Shown in pieces: positions 36,801 to 49,512 of a stretch of DNA of 64,000 nucleotides. Every line of letters starts with the position of its first letter. Positions within the stretch are counted from its first letter, which is position 1. The notes beneath the pieces were generated by a model that saw only the letters and a program-made list of their open reading frames with translations, made no database searches and had not been told where the DNA came from. The position numbers were made by a program, and so were the translations under genes. Source of the stretch: Eledone cirrhosa (taxonomy: Eukaryota); the NCBI GenBank assembly GCA_964016885.1, contig OZ024741.1:20646001-20710000 (forward strand), read 5' to 3'.

Positions 36801-39800
36801 GTTTATGTGAGGAACTTACAGTGTTTAACACCAATGTTGCCATCTGAAACTGTTCTTACATATTTCAAACATGTTTATGTGAGGAACTTACAGTGTTTAA
36901 CATTGATGTTGCTATCTGAAACTGTTCTTACATATTTCAAACATGTTTATGTGAGGAACTTACAGTGTTTAACACCAATGTTGCTATCTGAAACTGTTCT
37001 TACATATTTCAAACATGTTTATGTGAGGAACTTACAGTGTTTAACATTGATGTTGCTATCTGAAACTGTTCTTACATATTTCAAACATGTTTATGTGAGG
37101 AACTTACAGTGTTTAACACCAATGTTGCTATCTGAAACTGTTCTTACATATTTCAAACATGTTTATGTGAGGAACTTACAGTGTTTAACACCAATGTTGC
37201 TATCTGAAACTGTTCTTACATATTTCAAACATGTTTATGTGAGGAACTTACAGTGTTTAACACCAATGTTGCCATCTGAAACTGTTCTTACATATTTCAA
37301 ACATGTTTATGTGAGGAACTTACAGTGTTTAACATTGATGTTGCTATCTGAAACTGTTCTTACATATTTCAAACATGTTTATGTGAGGAACTTACAGTGT
37401 TTAACATTGATGTTGCTATCTGAAACTGTTCTTACATATTTCAAACGTGTTTATGTGAGGAACTTACAGTGTTTAACACCAATGTTGCTATCTGAAACTG
37501 TTCTTACATATTTCAAACATGTTTATGTGAGGAACTTACAGTGTTTAACACTGATGTTGCCATCTGAAACTGTTCTTACATATTTCAAACATGTTTATGT
37601 GAGGAACTTACAGTGTTTAACATTGATGTTGCTATCTGAAACTGTTCTTACATATTTCAAACATGTTTATGTGAGGAACTTACAGTGTTTAACATTGATG
37701 TTGCTATCTGAAACTGTTCTTACATATTTCAAACGTGTTTATGTGAGGAACTTACAGTGTTTAACACCGATGTTGCTATCTGAAACTGTTCTTACATATT
37801 TCAAATGTGTTTATGTGAGGAACTTACAGTGTTTAACACCAATGTTGCTATCTGAAACTGTTCTTACATATTTCAAACATGTTTATGTGAGGAACTTACA
37901 GTGTTTAACACTGATGTTGCTATCTGAAACTGTTCTTACATATTTCAAACGTGTTTATGTGAGGAACTTACAGTGTTTAACACCAATGTTGCTATCTGAA
38001 ACTGTTCTTACATATTTCAAACGTGTTTATGTGAGGAACTTACAGTGTTTAACACCAATGTTGCTATCTGAAACTGTTCTTACATATTTCAAACATGTTT
38101 ATGTGAGGAACTTACAGTGTTTAACACCAATGTTGCTATCTGAAACTGTTCTTACATATTTCAAACATGTTTATGTGAAGAACTTACAGTGTTTAACACC
38201 AATGTTGCTATCTGAAACTGTTCTTACATATTTCAAACATGTTTATGTGAGGAACTTACAGTGTTTAACACCAATGTTGCTATCTGAAACTGTTCTTACA
38301 TATTTCAAACATGTTTATGTGAGGAACTTACAGTGTTTAACACCAATGTTGCTATCTGAAACTGTTCTTACATATTTCAAACATGTTTATGTGAAGAACT
38401 TACAGTGTTTAACACCAATGTTGCTATCTGAAACTGTTCTTACATATTTCAAACATGTTTATGTGAGGAACTTACAGTGTTTAACACCAATGTTGCTATC
38501 TGAAACTGTTCTTACATATTTCAAACATGTTTATGTGAGGAACTTACAGTGTTTAACACCAATGTTGCTATCTGAAACTGTTCTTACATATTTCAAACAT
38601 GTTTATGTGAAGAACTTACAGTGTTTAACACCAATGTTGCTATCTGAAACTGTTCTTACATATTTCAAACATGTTTATGTGAGGAACTTACAGTGTTTAA
38701 CACCAATGTTGCTATCTGAAACTGTTCTTACATATTTCAAACATGTTTATGTGAGGAACTTACAGTGTTTAACACCAATGTTGCTATCTGAAACTGTTCT
38801 TACATATTTCAAACATGTTTATGTGAGGAACTTACAGTGTTTAACACCAATGTTGCTATCTGAAACTGTTCTTACATATTTCAAACATGTTTATGTGAAG
38901 AACTTACAGTGTTTAACACCAATGTTGCTATCTGAAACTGTTCTTACATATTTCAAACATGTTTATGTGAGGAACTTACAGTGTTTAACACCAATGTTGC
39001 TATCTGAAACTGTTCTTACATATTTCAAACATGTTTATGTGAGGAACTTACAGTGTTTAACACCAATGTTGCTATCTGAAACTGTTCTTACATATTTCAA
39101 ACATGTTTATGTGAGGAACTTACAGTGTTTAACACTGATGTTGCTATCTGAAACTGTTCTTACATATTTCAAACGTGTTTATGTGAGGAACTTACAGTGT
39201 TTAACACCAATGTTGCTATCTGAAACTGTTCTTACATATTTCAAACATGTTTATGTGAGGAACTTACAGTGTTTAACACCAATGTTGCTATCTGAAACTG
39301 TTCTTACATATTTCAAACATGTTTATGTGAGGAACTTACAGTGTTTAACACTGATGTTGCTATCTGAAACTGTTCTTACATATTTCAAACATGTTTATGT
39401 GAGGAACTTACAGTGTTTAACACTGATGTTGCCATCTGAAACTGTTCTTACATATTTCAAACATGTTTATGTGAGGAACTTACAGTGTTTAACACCAATG
39501 TTGCTATCTGAAACTGTTCTTACATATTGCAAATGTGTTTATGTGAGGAACTTACAGTGTTTAACACCAATGTTGCTATCTGAAACTGTTCTTACATATT
39601 TCAAACATGTTTATGTGAGGAACTTACAGTGTTTAACACCAATGTTGCTATCTGAAACTGTTCTTACATATTGCAAATGTGTTTATGTGAGGAACTTACA
39701 GTGTTTAACACCGATGTTGCTATCTGAAACTGTTCTTACATATTTCAAACATGTTTATGTGAGGAACTTACAGTGTTTAACACTGATGTTGCTATCTGAA

Positions 39801-42800
39801 ACTGTTCTTACATATTTCAAATGTGTTTATGTGAGGAACTTACAGTGTTTAACACCAATGTTGCTATCTGAAACTGTTCTTACATATTTCAAACATGTTT
39901 ATGTGAGGAACTTACAGTGTTTAACACCAATGTTGCTATCTGAAACTGTTCTTACATATTTCAAACATGTTTATGTGAGGAACTTACAGTGTTTAACACT
40001 GATGTTGCTATCTGAAACTGTTCTTACATATTTCAAATGTGTTTATGTGAGGAACTTACAGTGTTTAACACCAATGTTGCTATCTGAAACTGTTCTTACA
40101 TATTTCAAACATGTTTATGTGAGGAACTTACAGTGTTTAACACTGATGTTGCTATCTGAAACTGTTCTTACATATTTCAAACATGTTTATGTGAGGAACT
40201 TACAGTGTTTAACACCAATGTTGCCATCTGAAACTGTTCTTACATATTTCAAACATGTTTATGTGAGGAACTTACAGTGTTTAACATTGATGTTGCTATC
40301 TGAAACTGTTCTTACATATTTCAAACATGTTTATGTGAGGAACTTACAGTGTTTAACACCAATGTTGCCATCTGAAACTGTTCTTACATATTTCAAACAT
40401 GTTTATGTGAGGAACTTACAGTGTTTAACATTGATGTTGCTATCTGAAACTGTTCTTACATATTTCAAACATGTTTATGTGAGGAACTTACAGTGTTTAA
40501 CACCAATGTTGCCATCTGAAACTGTTCTTACATATTTCAAACATGTTTATGTGAGGAACTTACAGTGTTTAACATTGATGTTGCTATCTGAAACTGTTCT
40601 TACATATTTCAAACATGTTTATGTGAGGAACTTACAGTGTTTAACACTGATGTTGCCATCTGAAACTGTTCTTACATATTTCAAACATGTTTATGTGAGG
40701 AACTTACAGTGTTTAACACCAATGTTGCCATCTGAAACTGTTCTTACATATTTCAAACATGTTTATGTGAGGAACTTACAGTGTTTAACATTGATGTTGC
40801 TATCTGAAACTGTTCTTACATATTTCAAACATGTTTATGTGAGGAACTTACAGTGTTTAACACCAATGTTGCTATCTGAAACTGTTCTTACATATTTCAA
40901 ACATGTTTATGTGAGGAACTTACAGTGTTTAACATTGATGTTGCTATCTGAAACTGTTCTTACATATTTCAAACATGTTTATGTGAGGAACTTACAGTGT
41001 TTAACACCAATGTTGCTATCTGAAACTGTTCTTACATATTTCAAACATGTTTATGTGAGGAACTTACAGTGTTTAACACCAATGTTGCTATCTGAAACTG
41101 TTCTTACATATTTCAAACATGTTTATGTGAGGAACTTACAGTGTTTAACACCAATGTTGCCATCTGAAACTGTTCTTACATATTTCAAACATGTTTATGT
41201 GAGGAACTTACAGTGTTTAACATTGATGTTGCTATCTGAAACTGTTCTTACATATTTCAAACATGTTTATGTGAGGAACTTACAGTGTTTAACATTGATG
41301 TTGCTATCTGAAACTGTTCTTACATATTTCAAACGTGTTTATGTGAGGAACTTACAGTGTTTAACACCAATGTTGCTATCTGAAACTGTTCTTACATATT
41401 TCAAACATGTTTATGTGAGGAACTTACAGTGTTTAACACTGATGTTGCCATCTGAAACTGTTCTTACATATTTCAAACATGTTTATGTGAGGAACTTACA
41501 GTGTTTAACATTGATGTTGCTATCTGAAACTGTTCTTACATATTTCAAACATGTTTATGTGAGGAACTTACAGTGTTTAACATTGATGTTGCTATCTGAA
41601 ACTGTTCTTACATATTTCAAACGTGTTTATGTGAGGAACTTACAGTGTTTAACACCGATGTTGCTATCTGAAACTGTTCTTACATATTTCAAATGTGTTT
41701 ATGTGAGGAACTTACAGTGTTTAACACCAATGTTGCTATCTGAAACTGTTCTTACATATTTCAAACATGTTTATGTGAGGAACTTACAGTGTTTAACACT
41801 GATGTTGCTATCTGAAACTGTTCTTACATATTTCAAACGTGTTTATGTGAGGAACTTACAGTGTTTAACACCAATGTTGCTATCTGAAACTGTTCTTACA
41901 TATTTCAAACGTGTTTATGTGAGGAACTTACAGTGTTTAACACCAATGTTGCTATCTGAAACTGTTCTTACATATTTCAAACATGTTTATGTGAGGAACT
42001 TACAGTGTTTAACACCAATGTTGCTATCTGAAACTGTTCTTACATATTTCAAACATGTTTATGTGAAGAACTTACAGTGTTTAACACCAATGTTGCTATC
42101 TGAAACTGTTCTTACATATTTCAAACATGTTTATGTGAGGAACTTACAGTGTTTAACACCAATGTTGCTATCTGAAACTGTTCTTACATATTTCAAACAT
42201 GTTTATGTGAGGAACTTACAGTGTTTAACACCAATGTTGCTATCTGAAACTGTTCTTACATATTTCAAACATGTTTATGTGAAGAACTTACAGTGTTTAA
42301 CACCAATGTTGCTATCTGAAACTGTTCTTACATATTTCAAACATGTTTATGTGAGGAACTTACAGTGTTTAACACCAATGTTGCTATCTGAAACTGTTCT
42401 TACATATTTCAAACATGTTTATGTGAGGAACTTACAGTGTTTAACACCAATGTTGCTATCTGAAACTGTTCTTACATATTTCAAACATGTTTATGTGAAG
42501 AACTTACAGTGTTTAACACCAATGTTGCTATCTGAAACTGTTCTTACATATTTCAAACATGTTTATGTGAGGAACTTACAGTGTTTAACACCAATGTTGC
42601 TATCTGAAACTGTTCTTACATATTTCAAACATGTTTATGTGAGGAACTTACAGTGTTTAACACCAATGTTGCTATCTGAAACTGTTCTTACATATTTCAA
42701 ACATGTTTATGTGAGGAACTTACAGTGTTTAACACCAATGTTGCTATCTGAAACTGTTCTTACATATTTCAAACATGTTTATGTGAAGAACTTACAGTGT

Positions 42801-45800
42801 TTAACACCAATGTTGCTATCTGAAACTGTTCTTACATATTTCAAACATGTTTATGTGAGGAACTTACAGTGTTTAACACCAATGTTGCTATCTGAAACTG
42901 TTCTTACATATTTCAAACATGTTTATGTGAGGAACTTACAGTGTTTAACACCAATGTTGCTATCTGAAACTGTTCTTACATATTTCAAACATGTTTATGT
43001 GAGGAACTTACAGTGTTTAACACTGATGTTGCTATCTGAAACTGTTCTTACATATTTCAAACGTGTTTATGTGAGGAACTTACAGTGTTTAACACCAATG
43101 TTGCTATCTGAAACTGTTCTTACATATTTCAAACATGTTTATGTGAGGAACTTACAGTGTTTAACACCAATGTTGCTATCTGAAACTGTTCTTACATATT
43201 TCAAACATGTTTATGTGAGGAACTTACAGTGTTTAACACTGATGTTGCTATCTGAAACTGTTCTTACATATTTCAAACATGTTTATGTGAGGAACTTACA
43301 GTGTTTAACACTGATGTTGCCATCTGAAACTGTTCTTACATATTTCAAACATGTTTATGTGAGGAACTTACAGTGTTTAACATTGATGTTGCTATCTGAA
43401 ACTGTTCTTACATATTTCAAACATGTTTATGTGAGGAACTTACAGTGTTTAACATTGATGTTGCTATCTGAAACTGTTCTTACATATTTCAAACGTGTTT
43501 ATGTGAGGAACTTACAGTGTTTAACACCGATGTTGCTATCTGAAACTGTTCTTACATATTTCAAATGTGTTTATGTGAGGAACTTACAGTGTTTAACACC
43601 AATGTTGCTATCTGAAACTGTTCTTACATATTTCAAACATGTTTATGTGAGGAACTTACAGTGTTTAACACTGATGTTGCTATCTGAAACTGTTCTTACA
43701 TATTTCAAACGTGTTTATGTGAGGAACTTACAGTGTTTAACACCAATGTTGCTATCTGAAACTGTTCTTACATATTTCAAACGTGTTTATGTGAGGAACT
43801 TACAGTGTTTAACACCAATGTTGCTATCTGAAACTGTTCTTACATATTTCAAACATGTTTATGTGAGGAACTTACAGTGTTTAACACCAATGTTGCTATC
43901 TGAAACTGTTCTTACATATTTCAAACATGTTTATGTGAAGAACTTACAGTGTTTAACACCAATGTTGCTATCTGAAACTGTTCTTACATATTTCAAACAT
44001 GTTTATGTGAGGAACTTACAGTGTTTAACACCAATGTTGCTATCTGAAACTGTTCTTACATATTTCAAACATGTTTATGTGAGGAACTTACAGTGTTTAA
44101 CACCAATGTTGCTATCTGAAACTGTTCTTACATATTTCAAACATGTTTATGTGAAGAACTTACAGTGTTTAACACCAATGTTGCTATCTGAAACTGTTCT
44201 TACATATTTCAAACATGTTTATGTGAGGAACTTACAGTGTTTAACACCAATGTTGCTATCTGAAACTGTTCTTACATATTTCAAACATGTTTATGTGAGG
44301 AACTTACAGTGTTTAACACCAATGTTGCTATCTGAAACTGTTCTTACATATTTCAAACATGTTTATGTGAAGAACTTACAGTGTTTAACACCAATGTTGC
44401 TATCTGAAACTGTTCTTACATATTTCAAACATGTTTATGTGAGGAACTTACAGTGTTTAACACCAATGTTGCTATCTGAAACTGTTCTTACATATTTCAA
44501 ACATGTTTATGTGAGGAACTTACAGTGTTTAACACCAATGTTGCTATCTGAAACTGTTCTTACATATTTCAAACATGTTTATGTGAGGAACTTACAGTGT
44601 TTAACACCAATGTTGCTATCTGAAACTGTTCTTACATATTTCAAACATGTTTATGTGAAGAACTTACAGTGTTTAACACCAATGTTGCTATCTGAAACTG
44701 TTCTTACATATTTCAAACATGTTTATGTGAGGAACTTACAGTGTTTAACACCAATGTTGCTATCTGAAACTGTTCTTACATATTTCAAACATGTTTATGT
44801 GAGGAACTTACAGTGTTTAACACCAATGTTGCTATCTGAAACTGTTCTTACATATTTCAAACATGTTTATGTGAGGAACTTACAGTGTTTAACACTGATG
44901 TTGCTATCTGAAACTGTTCTTACATATTTCAAACGTGTTTATGTGAGGAACTTACAGTGTTTAACACCAATGTTGCTATCTGAAACTGTTCTTACATATT
45001 TCAAACATGTTTATGTGAGGAACTTACAGTGTTTAACACCAATGTTGCTATCTGAAACTGTTCTTACATATTTCAAACATGTTTATGTGAGGAACTTACA
45101 GTGTTTAACACTGATGTTGCTATCTGAAACTGTTCTTACATATTTCAAACATGTTTATGTGAGGAACTTACAGTGTTTAACACTGATGTTGCCATCTGAA
45201 ACTGTTCTTACATATTTCAAACATGTTTATGTGAGGAACTTACAGTGTTTAACACCAATGTTGCTATCTGAAACTGTTCTTACATATTGCAAATGTGTTT
45301 ATGTGAGGAACTTACAGTGTTTAACACCAATGTTGCTATCTGAAACTGTTCTTACATATTTCAAACATGTTTATGTGAGGAACTTACAGTGTTTAACACC
45401 AATGTTGCTATCTGAAACTGTTCTTACATATTGCAAATGTGTTTATGTGAGGAACTTACAGTGTTTAACACCGATGTTGCTATCTGAAACTGTTCTTACA
45501 TATTTCAAACATGTTTATGTGAGGAACTTACAGTGTTTAACACTGATGTTGCTATCTGAAACTGTTCTTACATATTTCAAATGTGTTTATGTGAGGAACT
45601 TACAGTGTTTAACACCAATGTTGCTATCTGAAACTGTTCTTACATATTTCAAACATGTTTATGTGAGGAACTTACAGTGTTTAACACCAATGTTGCTATC
45701 TGAAACTGTTCTTACATATTTCAAACATGTTTATGTGAGGAACTTACAGTGTTTAACACTGATGTTGCTATCTGAAACTGTTCTTACATATTTCAAATGT

Positions 45801-46124
45801 GTTTATGTGAGGAACTTACAGTGTTTAACACCAATGTTGCTATCTGAAACTGTTCTTACATATTTCAAACATGTTTATGTGAGGAACTTACAGTGTTTAA
45901 CACTGATGTTGCTATCTGAAACTGTTCTTACATATTTCAAATGTGTTTATGTGAGGAACTTACAGTGTTTAACACCAATGTTGCTATCTGAAACTGTTCT
46001 TACATATTTCAAACATGTTTATGTGAGGAACTTACAGTGTTTAACACTGATGTTGCTATCTGAAACTGTTCTTACATATTTCAAATGTGTTTATGTGAGG
46101 AACTTACAGTGTTTAACACCAATG
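30858..46124. repeat. 72-bp satellite, about 212 copies, no visible indels
   Basis: Unit atgttgctatctgaaactgttcttacatatttcaaacatgtttatgtgaggaacttacagtgtttaacacca. ORF 30819-46304 shows unbroken 24-aa periodicity. Confidence 0.99.
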
Positions 46125-46360
46125 TACAAGCTGTCACTGCCACATCTTGTTGTCTGCTATACTGAATTCAGGATTACTTTATTTGGTTTATTTATTCATT
46201 TTTATGTTAAAGGCAGAGTTGTTAGAACATCTAAGAGAAGATTTTATGGTGTTCATTCCAGCTCTCTGCCCTCTCAGTTTAAATCTTGCCCCAGTCAACT
46301 TTGATTTTCACTCTTTCAAGCTTGATAAACAAAATTCCAACCCAGTAACAGAGTTGATTC

Positions 46361-46362
<2 letters not shown>

Positions 46363-46399
<37 letters not shown>
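46363..46399. repeat. (CT)n microsatellite
   Basis: Read directly from the sequence. Confidence 0.95.
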
Positions 46400-46400
<1 letters not shown>

Positions 46401-46518
46401 AATGCCATTTGTTAGGACAGCGTCCTTGCAACTCCATCAAGAGCCAAGGGCTCTTTACTACTTACATATGAAATCATATTGATTTTGAATTTCTTGTTTT
46501 ATTTTACACCAATTCTAG

Positions 46519-46660
46519 AAAAGATTCTGAAAACCTTGGGGACAGCTGGAAACTTGGCATTCCAATTGAAGTTTTACCAGTGGCTTATCGACCAGTGAAA
46601 CTAAAAATTGAAGCTATGCTTGGTGGGGTCGCTAAACTTCGAATGGCTGAGCACAAAGCT
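46519..46660 (+). CDS. RPIA: RPIA exon
   Basis: Boundaries ttctag|A and GCT|gtaagt. The phase-2 start completes the Arg codon. Translates to KDSENLGDSWKLGIPIEVLPVAYRPVKLKIEAMLGGVAKLRMAEHKA (conserved PIEV.P). Confidence 0.95.
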
Positions 46661-46705
46661 GTAAGTGTTAACTTTCTGGAACATGTAGACAATTTTCTAT
46701 TTTAA

Positions 46706-46927
46706 CCCTTTAGCATTTAAACTGGCCATATCCGGCCAGAATTCTCTCACCTCTTTCTGTTCAAACTGGCTGTATCTGACCACTCATACTGATGTTAAGG
46801 TATTATTCTCAAAATAAAATAATATTAAAATCTCATAGATTCGATATCATGTGAGATAATTATGTAAGGTAAAGTCTATACCGTGAAAATATAATAGTAT
46901 ACATGGAGTAATGTATATACTAAAGGG
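46706..46927 (+). mobile_element. piggyBac-type MITE
   Basis: TTAA|CCCTTTAGCATTTA ... TACTAAAGGG|TTAA. Confidence 0.85.
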
Positions 46928-47002
46928 TTAAAGTAATCATAACTAGACTTTTCACATTGTAACCTAGTTTTTGTTAGTTGGTCTCATGCCACCTCCACCT
47001 AA

Positions 47003-47198
47003 TCCTTTAGCATTTAAACCGGCCATATCCAACCAGAATTCTTTCAGTTGTCATCGGCTGTAACTGGCCACTCATACTGATGTTAAGGTATTGTTCTCAA
47101 GATAAATAATATCAAAATCTCATAGATTTGATATGTGAGATAAAGCCTTTAGCACAAAAATACAATAGTATATATAGAGTAATGTAATTGCTAAAGGG
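47003..47198 (+). mobile_element. piggyBac-type MITE
   Basis: ctaa|TCCTTTAGCATTTA ... GCTAAAGGG|TTAA, same internal sequence as 46706-46927. Confidence 0.8.
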
Positions 47199-47453
47199 TT
47201 AAGATTTCAGATTAGCTATATTATATTTTCTACTAAATATATCTTATACCACCTGTTTTTCTAGTTAGCTTTGAAAAGGAATACTAATCTTTTTTCCCCA
47301 GTTAACTTTCTAAATGTAAATTATTTGTAACTATCCATCCTGCAATAGTAAAATGTTATGATACAAAACTTGACTGTTTTAAAGTGTTCAGTTAACATAT
47401 TTGTCATACTGACATTAAGGTGTCATATATAAGAACATACTTGCTATGTTTAA

Positions 47454-47631
47454 CCCTTTAGCAATTAAACCAGCCATATCTGAATTATCTCACCTCTTTC
47501 TGTTCAAACTGGCTGCTCATACTTATGTTAAGGTATTGTTCTCAAAATCTCATAGCTTCGATATTATGTGAGAGAAAGCCTTTACCACAAAAATACAATA
47601 GCAAATATAGAGTAATGTAAATGCTAAAGGG
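47454..47631 (+). mobile_element. piggyBac-type MITE
   Basis: TTAA|CCCTTTAGCA ... TGCTAAAGGG|TTAA. Confidence 0.85.
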
Positions 47632-47739
47632 TTAAAACATAATAAAAAGGGTTAGTTATTGTCTGAATCTCTCCCAAATGTTAATTATTTTCAAAATTAC
47701 TTGAAACACATAGTTACTGTATTTCATTAGAAATACACT

Positions 47740-47934
47740 CGAAGTGTGAGGAAATCCCAGTGGTAGGAAACGACAGTAGAGGTAGACCAAGGAAGACTTG
47801 GGTGGAGGTGGTGTGTGCTCTTCTCATCGCTGAGACTCACAGAGGAGATGAAGGAACGCAATGTGTGGAGTGATGCTGTTCTGAAAAGGACTCATCTAAC
47901 CCATACAAGTGTGGGAAAATGATGATGATGATGA
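47740..47934 (+). mobile_element. RTE 3'-end fragment
   Basis: RGRPRKTW-like sequence and a (GAT)n tail, ending ~25 bp before the RPIA acceptor. Confidence 0.65.
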
Positions 47935-47960
47935 ATAAAAACATTTTTTTCTCATTGTAG

Positions 47961-48060
47961 GGCCCAATTGTTACTGATAATGGTAACTTTGTTCTTGATT
48001 GGTTGTTTGAAGATCATGCTGATTGGGTGGAAGTGAATACAGCAATTAAATTGATTCCAG
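47961..48060 (+). CDS. RPIA: RPIA exon
   Basis: Boundaries ttgtag|GGC and CCAG|gtaaat. Translates to [33 protein letters not shown](G), with the conserved TDNGN motif. Confidence 0.95.
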
Positions 48061-48069
48061 GTAAATATC

Positions 48070-48485
48070 TCTTCTTTGCCCACTTATTCCTACAAGGGTC
48101 ATGGGGGCAGAGTCCTCAAACACTCATTCCAGCGAGCCCTGTCAGAAGCAACCATCTCCAGCTGGATTCCCAAGTGAGACCAGCCATCTTGCTTGGGGTC
48201 TACCCCTGGGTCTCCTACCGGTTGGTTTTACCCATAAAATCTGTCCAGTGATTCTTTCCTGAGACATTCTAACCACATACCCATACTATTGGAGCTGTGA
48301 TCTCTGAGCTTCACATTTTATCGAGTAACATTACTCCAAAGACTCTTCAGGGGAATCCCATTTCGGCCACTTGTATTCGCAATCATATTCTTTCGGTTAT
48401 TACCCAAGATTCCTGACCATAAGTAAGGGTTGGCACAAAAACCGAATTGAAGATAGCGAGTTTGGCTTTTATACCTACCTCCCTT
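48070..48485 (-). mobile_element. Rex3/Expander-like RTE fragment
   Basis: Collinear with ~53222-53715. Confidence 0.7.
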
Positions 48486-49055
48486 CAGGTAAATATAATG
48501 TGAAAATTTGATTTTTAAAGTATGTAAATCTAGCAATTACATTTCATGGTGGTGTGTTGTTTAGCTGACTTTGATCAAGGAGACATGCAATTGAAGGCAT
48601 TCCAGCCATGGCCACACCATGGGGGGGGGGGGGCTATATCTAGGTGTATCCTGTTATATTTAGTCTGATAGGGTATAACTGAAGGGATCTTTGGCTGATA
48701 TTTCCCAAGGGAGAGTATAATTACATTTCATTGTAAATCTCTTTTTTATATGATTTGGCCTGGAAGAAAGGGGTTCTGTTCAGCCTTTGCAGGCCCTCCA
48801 AGACAGGGGAGACTGACATAGTTGGTCTTCCTCTTTAAAAACTGCAAGTTGACGGTTGCAGGAAAAACTTGGGACGAGGAGAATTCCAGAGGGATTTCCA
48901 TCTTGTGATGAAGGACTGGAAGGGATGGATTTTGTGTAGTTTATAGGAGGTGACACAATACAGGTGAAGAAAAGTGGGGTGAGTTGATTGGGAGAGATTA
49001 GGTGGAGGTGGCATGAGACCAACTAGCTCACAAGAGAAGAAGCCACTCTAGTATT

Positions 49056-49240
49056 AAGTGGTAGGAAACCGCAGTAGAGGTAGAGCAAGGAAGACCTGGG
49101 CTGAGGTCCTGAGAGCTGATATGAAATCACAGAGATTCACTGAGGAGATGAAAAAACATGAGTGGAGTGATGCTGTGCTTAAAATAACTCGTCCAACCCA
49201 TGCAAATATGGAAAAAATGGATGTTAAAATAACAATGATT
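49056..49240 (+). mobile_element. RTE 3'-end fragment
   Basis: RSRGRARKTWAEVLRADM and a decayed tail. Confidence 0.65.
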
Positions 49241-49402
49241 TGTCCTGGAAGAAAGAGGTTGTTCTGCTTAACCTTCACAGTACAAAAAAGCAGTGTAGAA
49301 CTAGAATGTTTGTAAGTCAGAAATTGGAGAGTGTAGTGTTGGTAAGAAACTGCGAACTTCACAATAAATTTACATTTTCATGTTTTTCCTGTTACCTTTC
49401 AG

Positions 49403-49512
49403 GTGTTGTTGAAACTGGTTTGTTCTTGAATATGGCAAAAGTAGCTTATTTTGGCTATGCTGATGGCACAGTTAAAGTCCGAAAAGCACCCGGTGTGTCG
49501 AATTGTTGCTAA
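49403..49512 (+). CDS. RPIA: RPIA last coding exon
   Basis: Acceptor ctttcag|GT in phase 1. Translates to (G)VVETGLFLNMAKVAYFGYADGTVKVRKAPGVSNCC-stop, with the conserved GVV.TGLF motif. Confidence 0.95.

Noticed and set aside
30819-46304. 5161-aa ORF as a stand-alone protein-coding gene
   Set aside because: It is the translation of a 72-bp unit (a multiple of 3) with one stop-free frame. It starts at TTG, has no domain, most variants change amino acids, and it lies inside an RPIA intron. Only the splice-in hypothesis is kept, as a finding.
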